Below are positions 22,967 through 32,516 of a stretch of DNA of 64,000 nucleotides, piece by piece. Every line of letters begins with the position of its first letter. Position 1 is the stretch's first letter. The stretch is from Verrucomicrobiota bacterium (GTDB lineage: Bacteria > Verrucomicrobiota > Verrucomicrobiia > Opitutales > Coraliomargaritaceae). The position numbers were made by a program, and so were the translations under genes. The DNA is taken from positions 32,001-96,000 of the forward strand of contig JBCBZJ010000005.1 in NCBI GenBank assembly GCA_039815375.1, written 5' to 3'. The notes under the pieces were generated by a model that saw only the letters and a list, made by a program, of their open reading frames with translations, was not told the DNA's origin and did no database searches.

Positions 22967-23226
22967 ATGGCTAATCCGAAAACGACTCTAAATTTGCGCG
23001 ATGACATCTTGCGGCGAGCTAAAGCCGGGGCAGCACGATGTGTCTAGCCGCTCGCCCGTTACATCGAAGAAGGTCTGGGGCAGCGGCTGCAGAAAGAGGA
23101 AGCATAGCCAGTTGGCACAAGCGATTGGTTAGAGTCACTGCCGAAGGTTTCGAAAGTAAGCGCGATAGAGCTGGAATCAGTTATTGCAGCTGATGACTCC
23201 CGCGAAAGTAACATAGATCGATGGAA
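22967..23226 (+). pseudogene. Decayed ribbon-helix-helix antitoxin (VapB-like)
   Basis: Manual translation MANPKTTLNLRDDILRRAKAGAARCV*PLARYIEEGLGQRLQKEEA*...; in-frame TAG at 23045 and 23105. Confidence 0.7.
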
Positions 23227-23751
23227 TTACGAATGCTCCCGTCCCCAGAGCCAGAGTAGGTCGGCGAGGCGGTTGAGGTAGGCAATCAGCTCGGAGCGGA
23301 CGGTGGCTCCGGACTCCTGCAGGGTGACGAGGCCACGTTCACATCGGCGGCAGGTGGTGCGGGCGAGGTCGAAGAAGGCATCGGCGGGTGCGTTGCCCAG
23401 ATAGCTCCAGCCTTTGAAGCCGCCTTCACGAGCCTCGAGTTCGTGAACCAAGTTAGTGAGTGCCTCGACCTTTTTGCTGTCGATTAGCTTGCCATTATAC
23501 TTCTCTGCAAGCTTGGCCTGATCAGCCTCTTCAGTCGAGAGTTCGGACATCATGTAGACCAGCTCTTTCTGAATTTTCAGGATGTTTTTTTGGATGACAT
23601 GATGCGCTGCATGAGCGCGGCAAAGGCCCAATGTCGAGTTAAGCTCGTCGACACGTCCGTAAGTCATAACACGTGGGTGATTCTTGGGCACGCGTTTACC
23701 GAATAGTAGGGCAGTCGTGCCGTCGTCGCCTCGTTTGGTGGAAATGGACAT
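23227..23751 (-). CDS. PduO-type cob(I)alamin adenosyltransferase
   Basis: TKRGDDGTT, YGRVDELNS, ARTTCRRCER, YLNRLADLLW. Confidence 0.93.
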   Translation of the reverse strand: MSISTKRGDDGTTALLFGKRVPKNHPRVMTYGRVDELNSTLGLCRAHAAHHVIQKNILKIQKELVYMMSELSTEEADQAKLAEKYNGKLIDSKKVEALTNLVHELEAREGGFKGWSYLGNAPADAFFDLARTTCRRCERGLVTLQESGATVRSELIAYLNRLADLLWLWGREHS

Positions 23752-23905
23752 TTTAAGAAGTCAGAAGCTAGGAGTTAGAAGTTAGGCCAATCAAATAGTT
23801 CGAGCACCTCAATAACCAGCCTGATTCTCGAAATCGAAATCAGCGAAGTGGAAATCGGATTCGTCATCGATTTCGGTTTGGATTTTGTATGTTTGTGAGA
23901 CGCAG

Positions 23906-26074
23906 TTAGTGATCTTCTAGTAAGAGTTGAAGCATCTTCCTGGCAGAGTCAGGGATCACTGTGCCTGGACCGAAGATAGCTTTTGCACCGTACTCGTAGA
24001 GATAATCGTAGTCTTGTTGAGGAATGACACCACCGCAGACGACCATGATATCCTTGCGGCCGAGCTTCTCCAATTCCTCAACAAGTTGTGGGAGCAGGGT
24101 CTTATGACCTGCGGCGAGGGAGGACATCGCAACGACATGGCAGTCATTTTCCACGGCCTGACGGGCGGTCTCTTCAGGAGTTTGGAAGAGCGGGCCGATA
24201 TCGACGTCGTAACCGAGGTCCGCGTATCCGGTGGCAACCACCTTCGCGCCGCGGTCGTGTCCGTCCTGCCCCATTTTTGCGATCATGATACGAGGGCGGC
24301 GGCCCTCTTCTTCTTCAAATCTGGCGATGAGTTCCTTAATGTCGTTCATAGCGTCACTGCTCCCGAATTCCTTGGCGTAGACGCCGGAAATGGAGCGTAT
24401 GTTGGCCTTGTAACGACCGACCACCTTTTCGACGGCGTTAGAGATTTCACCGAGGGTCGCGCGTTTTGATGCTGCGTCAACCGCAAGCGCAAGCAGGTTG
24501 CCTCTGCCGGTCTTGGTCGCTTCGGTGATGGCTTTGAGCGCCGTCTTTACGGCTGTATTGTCGCGACCGGTCTTGAGCTCTTTGAGGCGTGCGACCTGAG
24601 ACTCGCGGACAGCGGTGTTGTCAATGTCGAGAATTTCAAGCGGGTCCTCCTTTTCGAGGCGGTATTTATTGAGGCCGACGATGGTTTCTTTGCCGGAGTC
24701 GATCCTTGCCTGACGACGTGCGGCGGCTTCCTCGATGCGAAGCTTTGGAATGCCTTCCTCAATCGCTTTGGTCATGCCGCCATAGCCTTCACACTCCTCG
24801 ATGTGTCCCCAGGCCTTGTGCATGAGCTCGTGGGTAAGGGCTTCAACATAGTAGCTGCCTCCCCATGGATCGATGAAGCGGCACATGCCGGTCTCTTCCT
24901 GAATAAAGAGTTGTGTGTTCCGTGCGATACGTGCTGAGAAGTCAGTCGGTAGGGCGATCGCTTCGTCAAGCGCGTTGGTGTGGAGCGACTGGGTATGTCC
25001 GCAGGCAGAGGCCATCGCTTCAATTGCTGTGCGAGTGACGTTGTTGAAGGGATCCTGCTCGGTGAGGGACCATCCGGATGTCTGCGAATGAGTTCGGAGT
25101 GCGAGCGACTTCGGATTCTTCGGATCGAATTGCTTTACAATCTTTGCCCAGAGCAGACGTGCGGCGCGCATCTTGGCGATTTCCATGAAGAAGTTCTTAC
25201 CGATCGCCCAGAAGAAGGAGAGACGTGGGGCGAAGGCGTCGATGTTAAGGCCGGCGTTCACCCCGGTGCGGAGGTATTCGAGGCCGTCTGCAAGCGTGTA
25301 ACCGATTTCAAGGTCGGCGGTCGCGCCAGCTTCCTGCATGTGGTAGCCGGAGATCGAGATCGAGTTGAATTTCGGCATCTGCCGGGACGTATACTCGAAG
25401 ATGTCGCCTATGATCTTCATCGATGGTGTGGGCGGATAGATGTAGGTGTTCCGCACCATGAACTCCTTGAGGATATCGTTTTGAATGGTTCCCGCCAGTT
25501 GGTCGAGGGTGCATCCCTGTTCGAGACCTGCCTGAATATAGAAGGCGAGGACTGGGAGAACCGCGCCATTCATAGTCATGGAAACGGAGACTTTGGACAG
25601 GTCGATTTGGTCAAAGAGCACCTTCATGTCTTCGATCGAATCGATCGCGACGCCCGCCTTGCCGACATCACCGACAACACGGGGGTGGTCGGAATCGTAT
25701 CCTCGGTGGGTCGCCAGATCAAAAGCTACCGAGAGGCCCTGCTGGCCCGCTGCAATATTACGACGATAGAATGCGTTCGATTCCTCAGCTGTGGAGAAGC
25801 CTGCATACTGGCGAACCGTCCATGGACGGAAGGCATACATGGTTGCATAAGGCCCGCGTAGGTTTGGAGCGATTCCTGCCGTGTAGTCGAGGTGCTCCAT
25901 GCGTTCATAGGCGTCCTTGCCGTAGAGCGGGTCGACCTTGATCTGCTCCATTGTCTCATTGACAAAATCGTCAGGGTTTTTGCCGGTTTCAGCTTTAACC
26001 TGCTCGGCCCATTCTTTCCGTGTTGCTGAAGGTTTTGGTGCTTCGTAGCCGATAGTGGAAAAGTTCGGTTTCAT
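23906..26074 (-). CDS. mutB: Methylmalonyl-CoA mutase, catalytic (large) subunit
   Basis: [30 protein letters not shown]12-binding motif, SSLAAGH. Confidence 0.97.
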   Translation of the reverse strand: MKPNFSTIGYEAPKPSATRKEWAEQVKAETGKNPDDFVNETMEQIKVDPLYGKDAYERMEHLDYTAGIAPNLRGPYATMYAFRPWTVRQYAGFSTAEESNAFYRRNIAAGQQGLSVAFDLATHRGYDSDHPRVVGDVGKAGVAIDSIEDMKVLFDQIDLSKVSVSMTMNGAVLPVLAFYIQAGLEQGCTLDQLAGTIQNDILKEFMVRNTYIYPPTPSMKIIGDIFEYTSRQMPKFNSISISGYHMQEAGATADLEIGYTLADGLEYLRTGVNAGLNIDAFAPRLSFFWAIGKNFFMEIAKMRAARLLWAKIVKQFDPKNPKSLALRTHSQTSGWSLTEQDPFNNVTRTAIEAMASACGHTQSLHTNALDEAIALPTDFSARIARNTQLFIQEETGMCRFIDPWGGSYYVEALTHELMHKAWGHIEECEGYGGMTKAIEEGIPKLRIEEAAARRQARIDSGKETIVGLNKYRLEKEDPLEILDIDNTAVRESQVARLKELKTGRDNTAVKTALKAITEATKTGRGNLLALAVDAASKRATLGEISNAVEKVVGRYKANIRSISGVYAKEFGSSDAMNDIKELIARFEEEEGRRPRIMIAKMGQDGHDRGAKVVATGYADLGYDVDIGPLFQTPEETARQAVENDCHVVAMSSLAAGHKTLLPQLVEELEKLGRKDIMVVCGGVIPQQDYDYLYEYGAKAIFGPGTVIPDSARKMLQLLLEDH

Positions 26075-26121
26075 TTTCTACCTATTTCTGTATTTGAATT
26101 CTGAATACTTCCTTCGGTTTT

Positions 26122-28269
26122 CTACAGAACGCCCAGACCTTCGAGGTAACGGCGGTTGATCTCGTAATTATTCGATTTCACAAAGATGTAGTCATCCATA
26201 CCAGCGGCTTTGAACGTCTCCTCGTTGTCTCCGGGAAAGCCAGCAAGGACGACCTGCATCTCAGGTATGGCGGTCTTGATCGCTCGAGCGAAGTCAGCAA
26301 ATTTCTCCGCATAGTCCGAGTCTGTGCCGCAGACCACGGTGATGCCTGATCCGGATTCCTTTAGAGCGGTTACAGCGTCTGCCGGCTCATCGAATCCAGG
26401 TGGCGAGATGAGCTCGAAGCCGCCTGCGGCAAAGAAACCTTTGGTGAAGTCAGCGCGTAGCTTGTGGCGACGGAGCGGCCCTAGATTGGTAAGAAATATT
26501 CTTGGTGCGCTGCCGGTTTTTTGGGCGAATTCCGCGGAAGCAGAACGGAGGTCTTCGTAGCCTGCGGCAAGGCGGATACTGGGAAGCGGTGTGATTGCTT
26601 CGGTCGGTGCAGCGTGGGCACGGATGGTGCGTGTGACCTCGCCGATCGTTGCGCCGTTTAGGATTGCTTCGACTAATGTATCGAAAGCGTTCGTGCGTGT
26701 TGACTCGAGGATTTTTCCGAGCGCAGACATGACTTTAGCATCGGTATCTTCGTCGGTCGCGGTCCGTGCTTCGGCGATTTCTTTGGCTCGGAGGTCGCGG
26801 AGCTCGGCGTAATCTGGGATAAGGCTTTCGAGTTGTTCTTCTTCGAGATTCGGGTAGACGTTGGTGCCAATCAGGCTCGTGCGGCGTTGATTGAGCTGCC
26901 TACTGTTAACGGCATTAGTCGCGGCGAGCTTTTCCGCGATAAAGCCAGAGGCCAGGGCATCGGTCATGCCGCCCTTGGCTTCGATTTCTTGGAAGAATGC
27001 CCAGGATTTCTCGCTGACTTCATTGGTCAACCACTCAATGGCCCAAGATCCACCGGCTGGATCGACCACGGAGGTGAGCTCACATTCTTCTTGTAGGATG
27101 ACTTGCGTGTTGCGGGAAATTCGGCGGCTGAATTCATCCGGAACGCGTGTGACTTCATCGAAATTACCGACACATAGACTATCAACACCACCGATCACGC
27201 CACTGAGCGCTTCTGTCGTGGTGCGCAGCATATTTACATAAGGGTCCCTTTGGGTTTTATTGTATAGACCAGTGCGGGCATGCATGTTGATCTTTTGGGC
27301 CTCAATGCTGCCTCCGAAGGCTGCTACGACTTGTGCCCAGAGCACGCGAGCGGCGCGAAGCTTGGCGATTTCAATGAAGAAGTTTCCACCGATCGCGAAG
27401 CTAAAGCGAACTTGTTTGGCTGCTAAGTCGACACTCAGGCCCCGTTCAGTCAGCTCCGTCAAATAGGCGACGCCGGTTGCCAGTGCGATACCTAGCTCCT
27501 CAACTGCAGAACCGCCTGCCTGGTGATACGGCAAGGTGGAGATGCCGACTGATTTTACACCGGGAGCATGTTTGGCACAATATTCAGCGAGAATAGCTTG
27601 TTCTTCAAATAGTGTGTCGAGATCTGCAGGCAACTGTCCGGCTGCTGCTTTTACAGCGAGCGGGTCCATGCCGAGGCTGCCTTTTAATCTGCCCGGATCC
27701 ATGCCCAGCTCCCTTAGCCAAGCAAAGACGAGAGCACCGACTGCCATGCCGGAGCATCCGGTGCGGATGTGGAAACTTATAGCCTCCGGGATGATACCCT
27801 TAAATGCGGTCCTGATGTCGTTGAGGCAGGCGAGCGAAAGACCGCAGGCTCCGACTTCGCCGGCGTTTGCTGCGTCGGGGTCGAGGCCTTTCAAGGTTGC
27901 GATATCCAACGCGACATTGAGCGAGTTTTGACCACGCATGAGGTCGGATGTTGCCGCGCGGTTAAATTCGAGCGGTGTGCCGTAGGGAAGCTCCTGGGCG
28001 ATTTCCCAAGGATCTTCACTGTAGCCGGCAGCGCTCGTGCCGCGAAGGTAGTTGTCGAAACCGGGCAGCGTCTCGGCTGCGGGTAAACGATCTAGAACGT
28101 CCTTCCAGAGCATTGGTTCCAAGAGGATGCCTTCCGGAGTTATGCGCTTCATGATCTTATCGAATGGAGCGCCTTTGAGGAGCTTTTCTGCAGCTTCCCG
28201 CCACTCCTCTTTCGTGGGTGCTTCAAACTCATCGAGGAGGGTCATGTTGTCGTCAGCTTGCTCTTTCAT
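26122..28269 (-). CDS. mutA: Methylmalonyl-CoA mutase, small (non-catalytic) subunit
   Basis: EIAKLRAARVLW, DPYVNMLRTTTEA, VDPAGGSW; lacks DxHxxG. Confidence 0.93.
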   Translation of the reverse strand: MKEQADDNMTLLDEFEAPTKEEWREAAEKLLKGAPFDKIMKRITPEGILLEPMLWKDVLDRLPAAETLPGFDNYLRGTSAAGYSEDPWEIAQELPYGTPLEFNRAATSDLMRGQNSLNVALDIATLKGLDPDAANAGEVGACGLSLACLNDIRTAFKGIIPEAISFHIRTGCSGMAVGALVFAWLRELGMDPGRLKGSLGMDPLAVKAAAGQLPADLDTLFEEQAILAEYCAKHAPGVKSVGISTLPYHQAGGSAVEELGIALATGVAYLTELTERGLSVDLAAKQVRFSFAIGGNFFIEIAKLRAARVLWAQVVAAFGGSIEAQKINMHARTGLYNKTQRDPYVNMLRTTTEALSGVIGGVDSLCVGNFDEVTRVPDEFSRRISRNTQVILQEECELTSVVDPAGGSWAIEWLTNEVSEKSWAFFQEIEAKGGMTDALASGFIAEKLAATNAVNSRQLNQRRTSLIGTNVYPNLEEEQLESLIPDYAELRDLRAKEIAEARTATDEDTDAKVMSALGKILESTRTNAFDTLVEAILNGATIGEVTRTIRAHAAPTEAITPLPSIRLAAGYEDLRSASAEFAQKTGSAPRIFLTNLGPLRRHKLRADFTKGFFAAGGFELISPPGFDEPADAVTALKESGSGITVVCGTDSDYAEKFADFARAIKTAIPEMQVVLAGFPGDNEETFKAAGMDDYIFVKSNNYEINRRYLEGLGVL

Positions 28270-28397
28270 CTCGATTTTATTTTCTAATAGTTCGATGAGA
28301 TAGTATTAGAAATGTTTAGTCAATAAGTAAGTTTAATATAAAAATATATTGACGTAAGTTATTCTAATTATAGATTTCACTCTGAACCTGACAATTA
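28270..28397. promoter_or_regulatory. AT-rich divergent promoter region between the mutAB and mce-mmd operons
   Basis: Very AT-rich; TTGACG followed by TAGATT on +; inverted GTCAATA...TATTGAC. Confidence 0.55.
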
Positions 28398-28802
28398 ATG
28401 ATTACGAAAATTGACCACATCGGCATTGCCGTAAGCAAACTCGACGAGAGCGTTGAATACTATGAAAACGCCCTCGGGCTTCATTGCTACGGACGCGAGG
28501 ACGTTAGCTCGCAGAAAGTGAAAACTGCTTTCTTCAAAGCAGGTGATGCGCACATTGAACTGCTTGAGCCGACTTCTGAAGATAGCCCGATCGCTAAGTT
28601 TCTAGAAAAGAACGGCGAAGGGATTCATCACATAGCCTTCGCTGTCGACGACATCGATGGGCAGCTTAAGAAGGCATCGGATTTTGGAGTTCGTTTGATT
28701 CACGAAGTCCCGTTTGAAGGTGCAGCTGATAAGCTTGTCGCCTTTCTTCATCCGAAGTCGACTCACGGCGTGCTAACGGAATTTTGCATGAAGACGGACT
28801 GA
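28398..28802 (+). CDS. mce: Methylmalonyl-CoA epimerase
   Basis: IDHIGIAV, IELLEP, GEGIHHIAF, FLHPKSTHGVLTE. Confidence 0.96.
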   Translation: MITKIDHIGIAVSKLDESVEYYENALGLHCYGREDVSSQKVKTAFFKAGDAHIELLEPTSEDSPIAKFLEKNGEGIHHIAFAVDDIDGQLKKASDFGVRLIHEVPFEGAADKLVAFLHPKSTHGVLTEFCMKTD

Positions 28803-28841
28803 GTTGGATGGTTAGAAAAAAATTTAAACGAGGAGATTGTA

Positions 28842-30392
28842 ATGGCAATTGATCCAAAATTACTTGAAGAGCTGCGGACGCGTCGCGAGACAGCACGTAA
28901 GGCCGGAGGCGAAGCGAAACTAGCAAAACGCCACGAGAAGGGAATGATGGACGCGCGGACGCGTTTGGAGTCGTTCTTTGAGCTCGGCACATTTCAGGAA
29001 TTTGGAATGCATGCTGAACATAGCTGCCATCGTTTCGGTATGGCGAAAAAAGACCTTCCCTACGATGGTGTGGTTTGTGGAACCGGTCTTGTGAATGGAC
29101 GTGCAGTCGCGGCTTACTCACAGGATTTTACTGTTAGTGGTGGGTCGCTTGGTCGGATTCACGCAAAAAAAATCTGCGACCTGATGGATTTTGCCCACGA
29201 GTCCGGCATGCCGGTTGTTGGTGTAAACGATTCCGGGGGTGCGCGTATTCAGGAGGGGGTTGATTCGCTAAGTGGTTATGGCCAGGTTTTCTTTAAGAAT
29301 GTCCTGCTCTCCGGAGTGGTTCCGCAGGTTGCTATTATTGCCGGACCCTGCGCGGGCGGTGCGGCTTATTCGCCGGCGCTGACGGACTTCCTCATTATGA
29401 CGCGCGACAACGCAAATATGTTTATTTGTGGTCCGGACGTGATAAAGGCCGCTACGGGTGAGAGCGCTAAGCTTGAGCAATTCGCCTCGGCTGCTGCACA
29501 TGCAAGTATCTCTGGAAATATTCACCTCGTGGCTGAAGACGATAAGCATGCCATGGAGCTCACTACAAAGCTGCTGTCTTTCCTGCCGAGTAACAATATC
29601 TCGGACCCACCTCACAAATTTCCAGACCTCGACTTATCTGATGACTTAAAGCTCAACGAAATCGTTCCAGCCAACGGTAAGGACGCTCTCGATACGATGG
29701 CGGTGATTGACCGGATAGTCGACAACGGAGATTTCTTCGAAATCATGCCCGATTTCGCGCGAAATATCATCGTGGGCTTTGCCCGTATCGAAGGTATTGT
29801 TGTGGGTCTTGTGGCGAACAATTCGATGGTCAAGGCCGGCACACTCGACATTGATAGCTCGGACAAGGCAGCTCGCTTCATCCGGACCTGCAATATTTAC
29901 AACATCCCAATTGTCTCGCTCGTCGACATTCCCGGCTTCATGCCGGGACTCGCGCAGGAGCAGGGCGGCATCATACGGCACGGAGCGAAAATGCTCTTTG
30001 CATATGCAGCTGCCACGGTGCCGAAGATTACTCTAATTATGCGTAAAGCCTATGGCGGTGCATATCTTGCGATGTGCTCGTCCGACCTCGGGGCAGACAT
30101 GGTTTTTGCCTGGCCGACCGCAGAGATTGCAGTGATGGGTGCTGAAGGCGCAGCCAAGATCCTTTTTCGTAAGGAGATTAGTGAGGCAGAGGACCCGAAG
30201 GCAAAAGCAGTTGAGCTTTGCGAAGGTTATCGTAGCGAGTTCTCTTCACCTTATCAGGCGGCGTCCAATGCCATGATTACCGATGTCATTGAGCCAGCAC
30301 AGTCGCGTGCAGCCGTTGCTCTGGCTCTTAGAAATACACTTAGCAAGCGCGACACCCGTCCGCCGAAAAAACACGGTAACATTCCTCTGTAA
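28842..30392 (+). CDS. mmdA: Methylmalonyl-CoA decarboxylase alpha / acyl-CoA carboxyltransferase subunit
   Basis: DSGGARIQEG, GPCAGGAAYSPA, RKAYGGAY, PPKKHGNIPL. Confidence 0.9.
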   Translation: MAIDPKLLEELRTRRETARKAGGEAKLAKRHEKGMMDARTRLESFFELGTFQEFGMHAEHSCHRFGMAKKDLPYDGVVCGTGLVNGRAVAAYSQDFTVSGGSLGRIHAKKICDLMDFAHESGMPVVGVNDSGGARIQEGVDSLSGYGQVFFKNVLLSGVVPQVAIIAGPCAGGAAYSPALTDFLIMTRDNANMFICGPDVIKAATGESAKLEQFASAAAHASISGNIHLVAEDDKHAMELTTKLLSFLPSNNISDPPHKFPDLDLSDDLKLNEIVPANGKDALDTMAVIDRIVDNGDFFEIMPDFARNIIVGFARIEGIVVGLVANNSMVKAGTLDIDSSDKAARFIRTCNIYNIPIVSLVDIPGFMPGLAQEQGGIIRHGAKMLFAYAAATVPKITLIMRKAYGGAYLAMCSSDLGADMVFAWPTAEIAVMGAEGAAKILFRKEISEAEDPKAKAVELCEGYRSEFSSPYQAASNAMITDVIEPAQSRAAVALALRNTLSKRDTRPPKKHGNIPL

Positions 30393-30422
30393 ATCTGTGC
30401 GCGAACCGGAGACTAGGAACTC

Positions 30423-30851
30423 ATGACTGATTCAATAACAGTGGTTGCCCAAACAGGGTTTCAGGCTGCATCCGATCCGGCTGGTGTCGTTGTGGTTGGC
30501 TTTCTCTTTGTCGTTGTGGTGCTTGCTCTTTTGGCTGCTGTGACCTCTGCGATGGGATCCTGGTTTACCAAGCAGGCCGCTCGTGATCTGGCGAAGGCAG
30601 CCGAGGCCTCAAAACAAGCAGCTGAGGCTTCTACCAAAGCAACCGCATCGTTGGCCGTCGAGACATCCTCTGTAGCTCCGGCCAAGCCGTTGGTGAACAA
30701 GGAAGATCCTGCCCTTATGGCCGTGGTCGCCGCCGCCGTCCATGCGGTTTTTGAGGACACTCCTCACCGTGTTGTTTCCGTCCGTTCGGTAGGCTCGGGT
30801 TGGGCCCAGGAGGGACGTCGTCAAATCTTTTCCTCACATCGCGTGCGCTAA
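30423..30851 (+). CDS. OadG/MmdD-like decarboxylase delta/gamma subunit
   Basis: Single TM GFLFVVVVLALL, Ala-rich linker, AVVAAAV, WAQEGRR. Confidence 0.85.
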   Translation: MTDSITVVAQTGFQAASDPAGVVVVGFLFVVVVLALLAAVTSAMGSWFTKQAARDLAKAAEASKQAAEASTKATASLAVETSSVAPAKPLVNKEDPALMAVVAAAVHAVFEDTPHRVVSVRSVGSGWAQEGRRQIFSSHRVR

Positions 30852-30881
30852 CTCTAAACAGAACTCTATTTTAAGAAAATC

Positions 30882-31274
30882 ATGAAACGCTTACGTATCA
30901 CTGTAGAAGGCAAAGCCTATGACGTCCAAGTCGAGCTTCTTGATGAAGACAATGCAGTGTCGGTCCCTGCGCCACGCCAAGCGGCCGCGACGCGCCTTGC
31001 TACTCCGGCTCCCGTTAAGGTTGCTGCGCCTTCAGCTAAAGCCTTGCCCGCCAATGTCGGCGAGGGTGTAGTGACAAGTCCGCTTGCTGCTGTGGTTGTC
31101 TCTATTGATGTGTCCGAGGGTGATGCTGTCGAGGAGGGTCAAAAAGTCATTACACTTGAAGCCATGAAGATGAATACGATCATCTCCTCACCAGCTGATG
31201 GAACGGTGAAGACGATCCTTGCAAGTGCGGGAGATGGTGTTGAAGAGGGGCAGGCTCTGATAGAGATCGCATAG
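30882..31274 (+). CDS. mmdC: Biotin carboxyl carrier subunit (MmdC-like)
   Basis: ITVEGKAYDVQVE, Ala/Pro linker, EAMKM biotinylation motif. Confidence 0.93.
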   Translation: MKRLRITVEGKAYDVQVELLDEDNAVSVPAPRQAAATRLATPAPVKVAAPSAKALPANVGEGVVTSPLAAVVVSIDVSEGDAVEEGQKVITLEAMKMNTIISSPADGTVKTILASAGDGVEEGQALIEIA

Positions 31275-31297
31275 TCAGGCCTTGTTCAAGGTGCGGC

Positions 31298-32470
31298 ATG
31301 TTTGAACTCCTACATCATCTCTACGACAACACGGGCTTCAGTCATATTGACTGGCAGATGCTACTGATGTGGTTGGTCGTCGCAGGCCTCCTTTATCTGG
31401 CGGTCTACCGGAAATTCGAACCACTGCTGTTGATACCTATCGCATTCGGTGCGCTTCTGGCGAATCTACCGACCGAAGGGATTGTGGAGGGGATGGAATT
31501 TGCAGGCCAACACGTGCCTTTCAAAGAGGATGGAACTGGGGGATTGTTCTACTACTTCTTCCAGGGCATTCATCTCGAGCTCTTCCCACCCATCATATTT
31601 TTAGGGGTGGGTGCATTGACTGATTTTGGCCCGTTGATCGCGAACCCAAAAACATTTCTACTTGGTGCGGCTGCCCAGTTTGGTGTCTTTGGCGTCTTTA
31701 TTGCCGCATTCTTAATGACTTTTGTCGGGATTGACTATAGTCTACAAGAAGCTGGCGCGATCAGTATTATTGGTGGGGCTGATGGACCTACTTCCATTTT
31801 TCTCGCAAACAAACTCGCCCCGCATCTCATCGGTGCGATTGCAGTCTCGGCCTACAGTTACATGGCCCTAGTTCCCGTCATTCAGCCACCGATTATGCGG
31901 GCCCTGACTACGGAAAAAGAACGCGAGATCAGGATGCAAAGTCTCCGTAAGGTTGGAAAGCTCGAGAAGCTCATCTTTGCCGTAGCCATTATGATGGTTT
32001 GTATCGTTCTTGTGCCAGCTGCGTCGCCGCTCATGTTCATGCTTTTTCTTGGTAACTTCATGCGCGAATGTGGCGTTGTCGATCGTCTGAGTAAGGCTGC
32101 ACAAAATGAGATCATCAATATTGTAACCGTCTTTCTTGGTGTCAGTGTCGGTATTACCATGGATGGCCACTACTTCCTGACTGCGCAGACACTTGGCATC
32201 CTGGCCCTTGGTGTGTTGGCATTCGCTCTGGCGACTGCCTCAGGCATCTGGATGGCAAAGCTCCTGAACCTCTTTTCCAAAAACAAGATCAATCCGCTTA
32301 TTGGCTCAGCGGGTGTGAGCGCTGTGCCTATGGCTGCTCGTGTTAGCCAGGTCGAAGGGCAGAAAGCCGACCCCGGAAACTTTCTCCTGATGCATGCAAT
32401 GGGGCCAAACGTTGCTGGCGTCATCGGCACCGCGCTTGTGGCGGGTTTTTTTATGACAGTGCTTGGCTAG
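31298..32470 (+). CDS. mmdB: Na+-translocating decarboxylase beta subunit (OadB/MmdB)
   Basis: EPLLLIPIAFG, TDFGPLIANP, IIGGADGPT, SAVPMAARV, HAMGPNVAG. Confidence 0.95.
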   Translation: MFELLHHLYDNTGFSHIDWQMLLMWLVVAGLLYLAVYRKFEPLLLIPIAFGALLANLPTEGIVEGMEFAGQHVPFKEDGTGGLFYYFFQGIHLELFPPIIFLGVGALTDFGPLIANPKTFLLGAAAQFGVFGVFIAAFLMTFVGIDYSLQEAGAISIIGGADGPTSIFLANKLAPHLIGAIAVSAYSYMALVPVIQPPIMRALTTEKEREIRMQSLRKVGKLEKLIFAVAIMMVCIVLVPAASPLMFMLFLGNFMRECGVVDRLSKAAQNEIINIVTVFLGVSVGITMDGHYFLTAQTLGILALGVLAFALATASGIWMAKLLNLFSKNKINPLIGSAGVSAVPMAARVSQVEGQKADPGNFLLMHAMGPNVAGVIGTALVAGFFMTVLG

Positions 32471-32516
32471 TTGATGTATCTAAAATATAAATACAAAATC
32501 GAAAATTAATACCGTT

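Noticed and set aside
23927..25861. Plus-strand ORFs of 180 and 293 aa
   Set aside because: Antisense shadows of mutB.
28270..28397. Cobalamin riboswitch or FNR box ahead of the B12-dependent mutase
   Set aside because: The region is short and AT-rich with no B12-box; TTGACGTAAGTTAT is only a half match to the FNR consensus.
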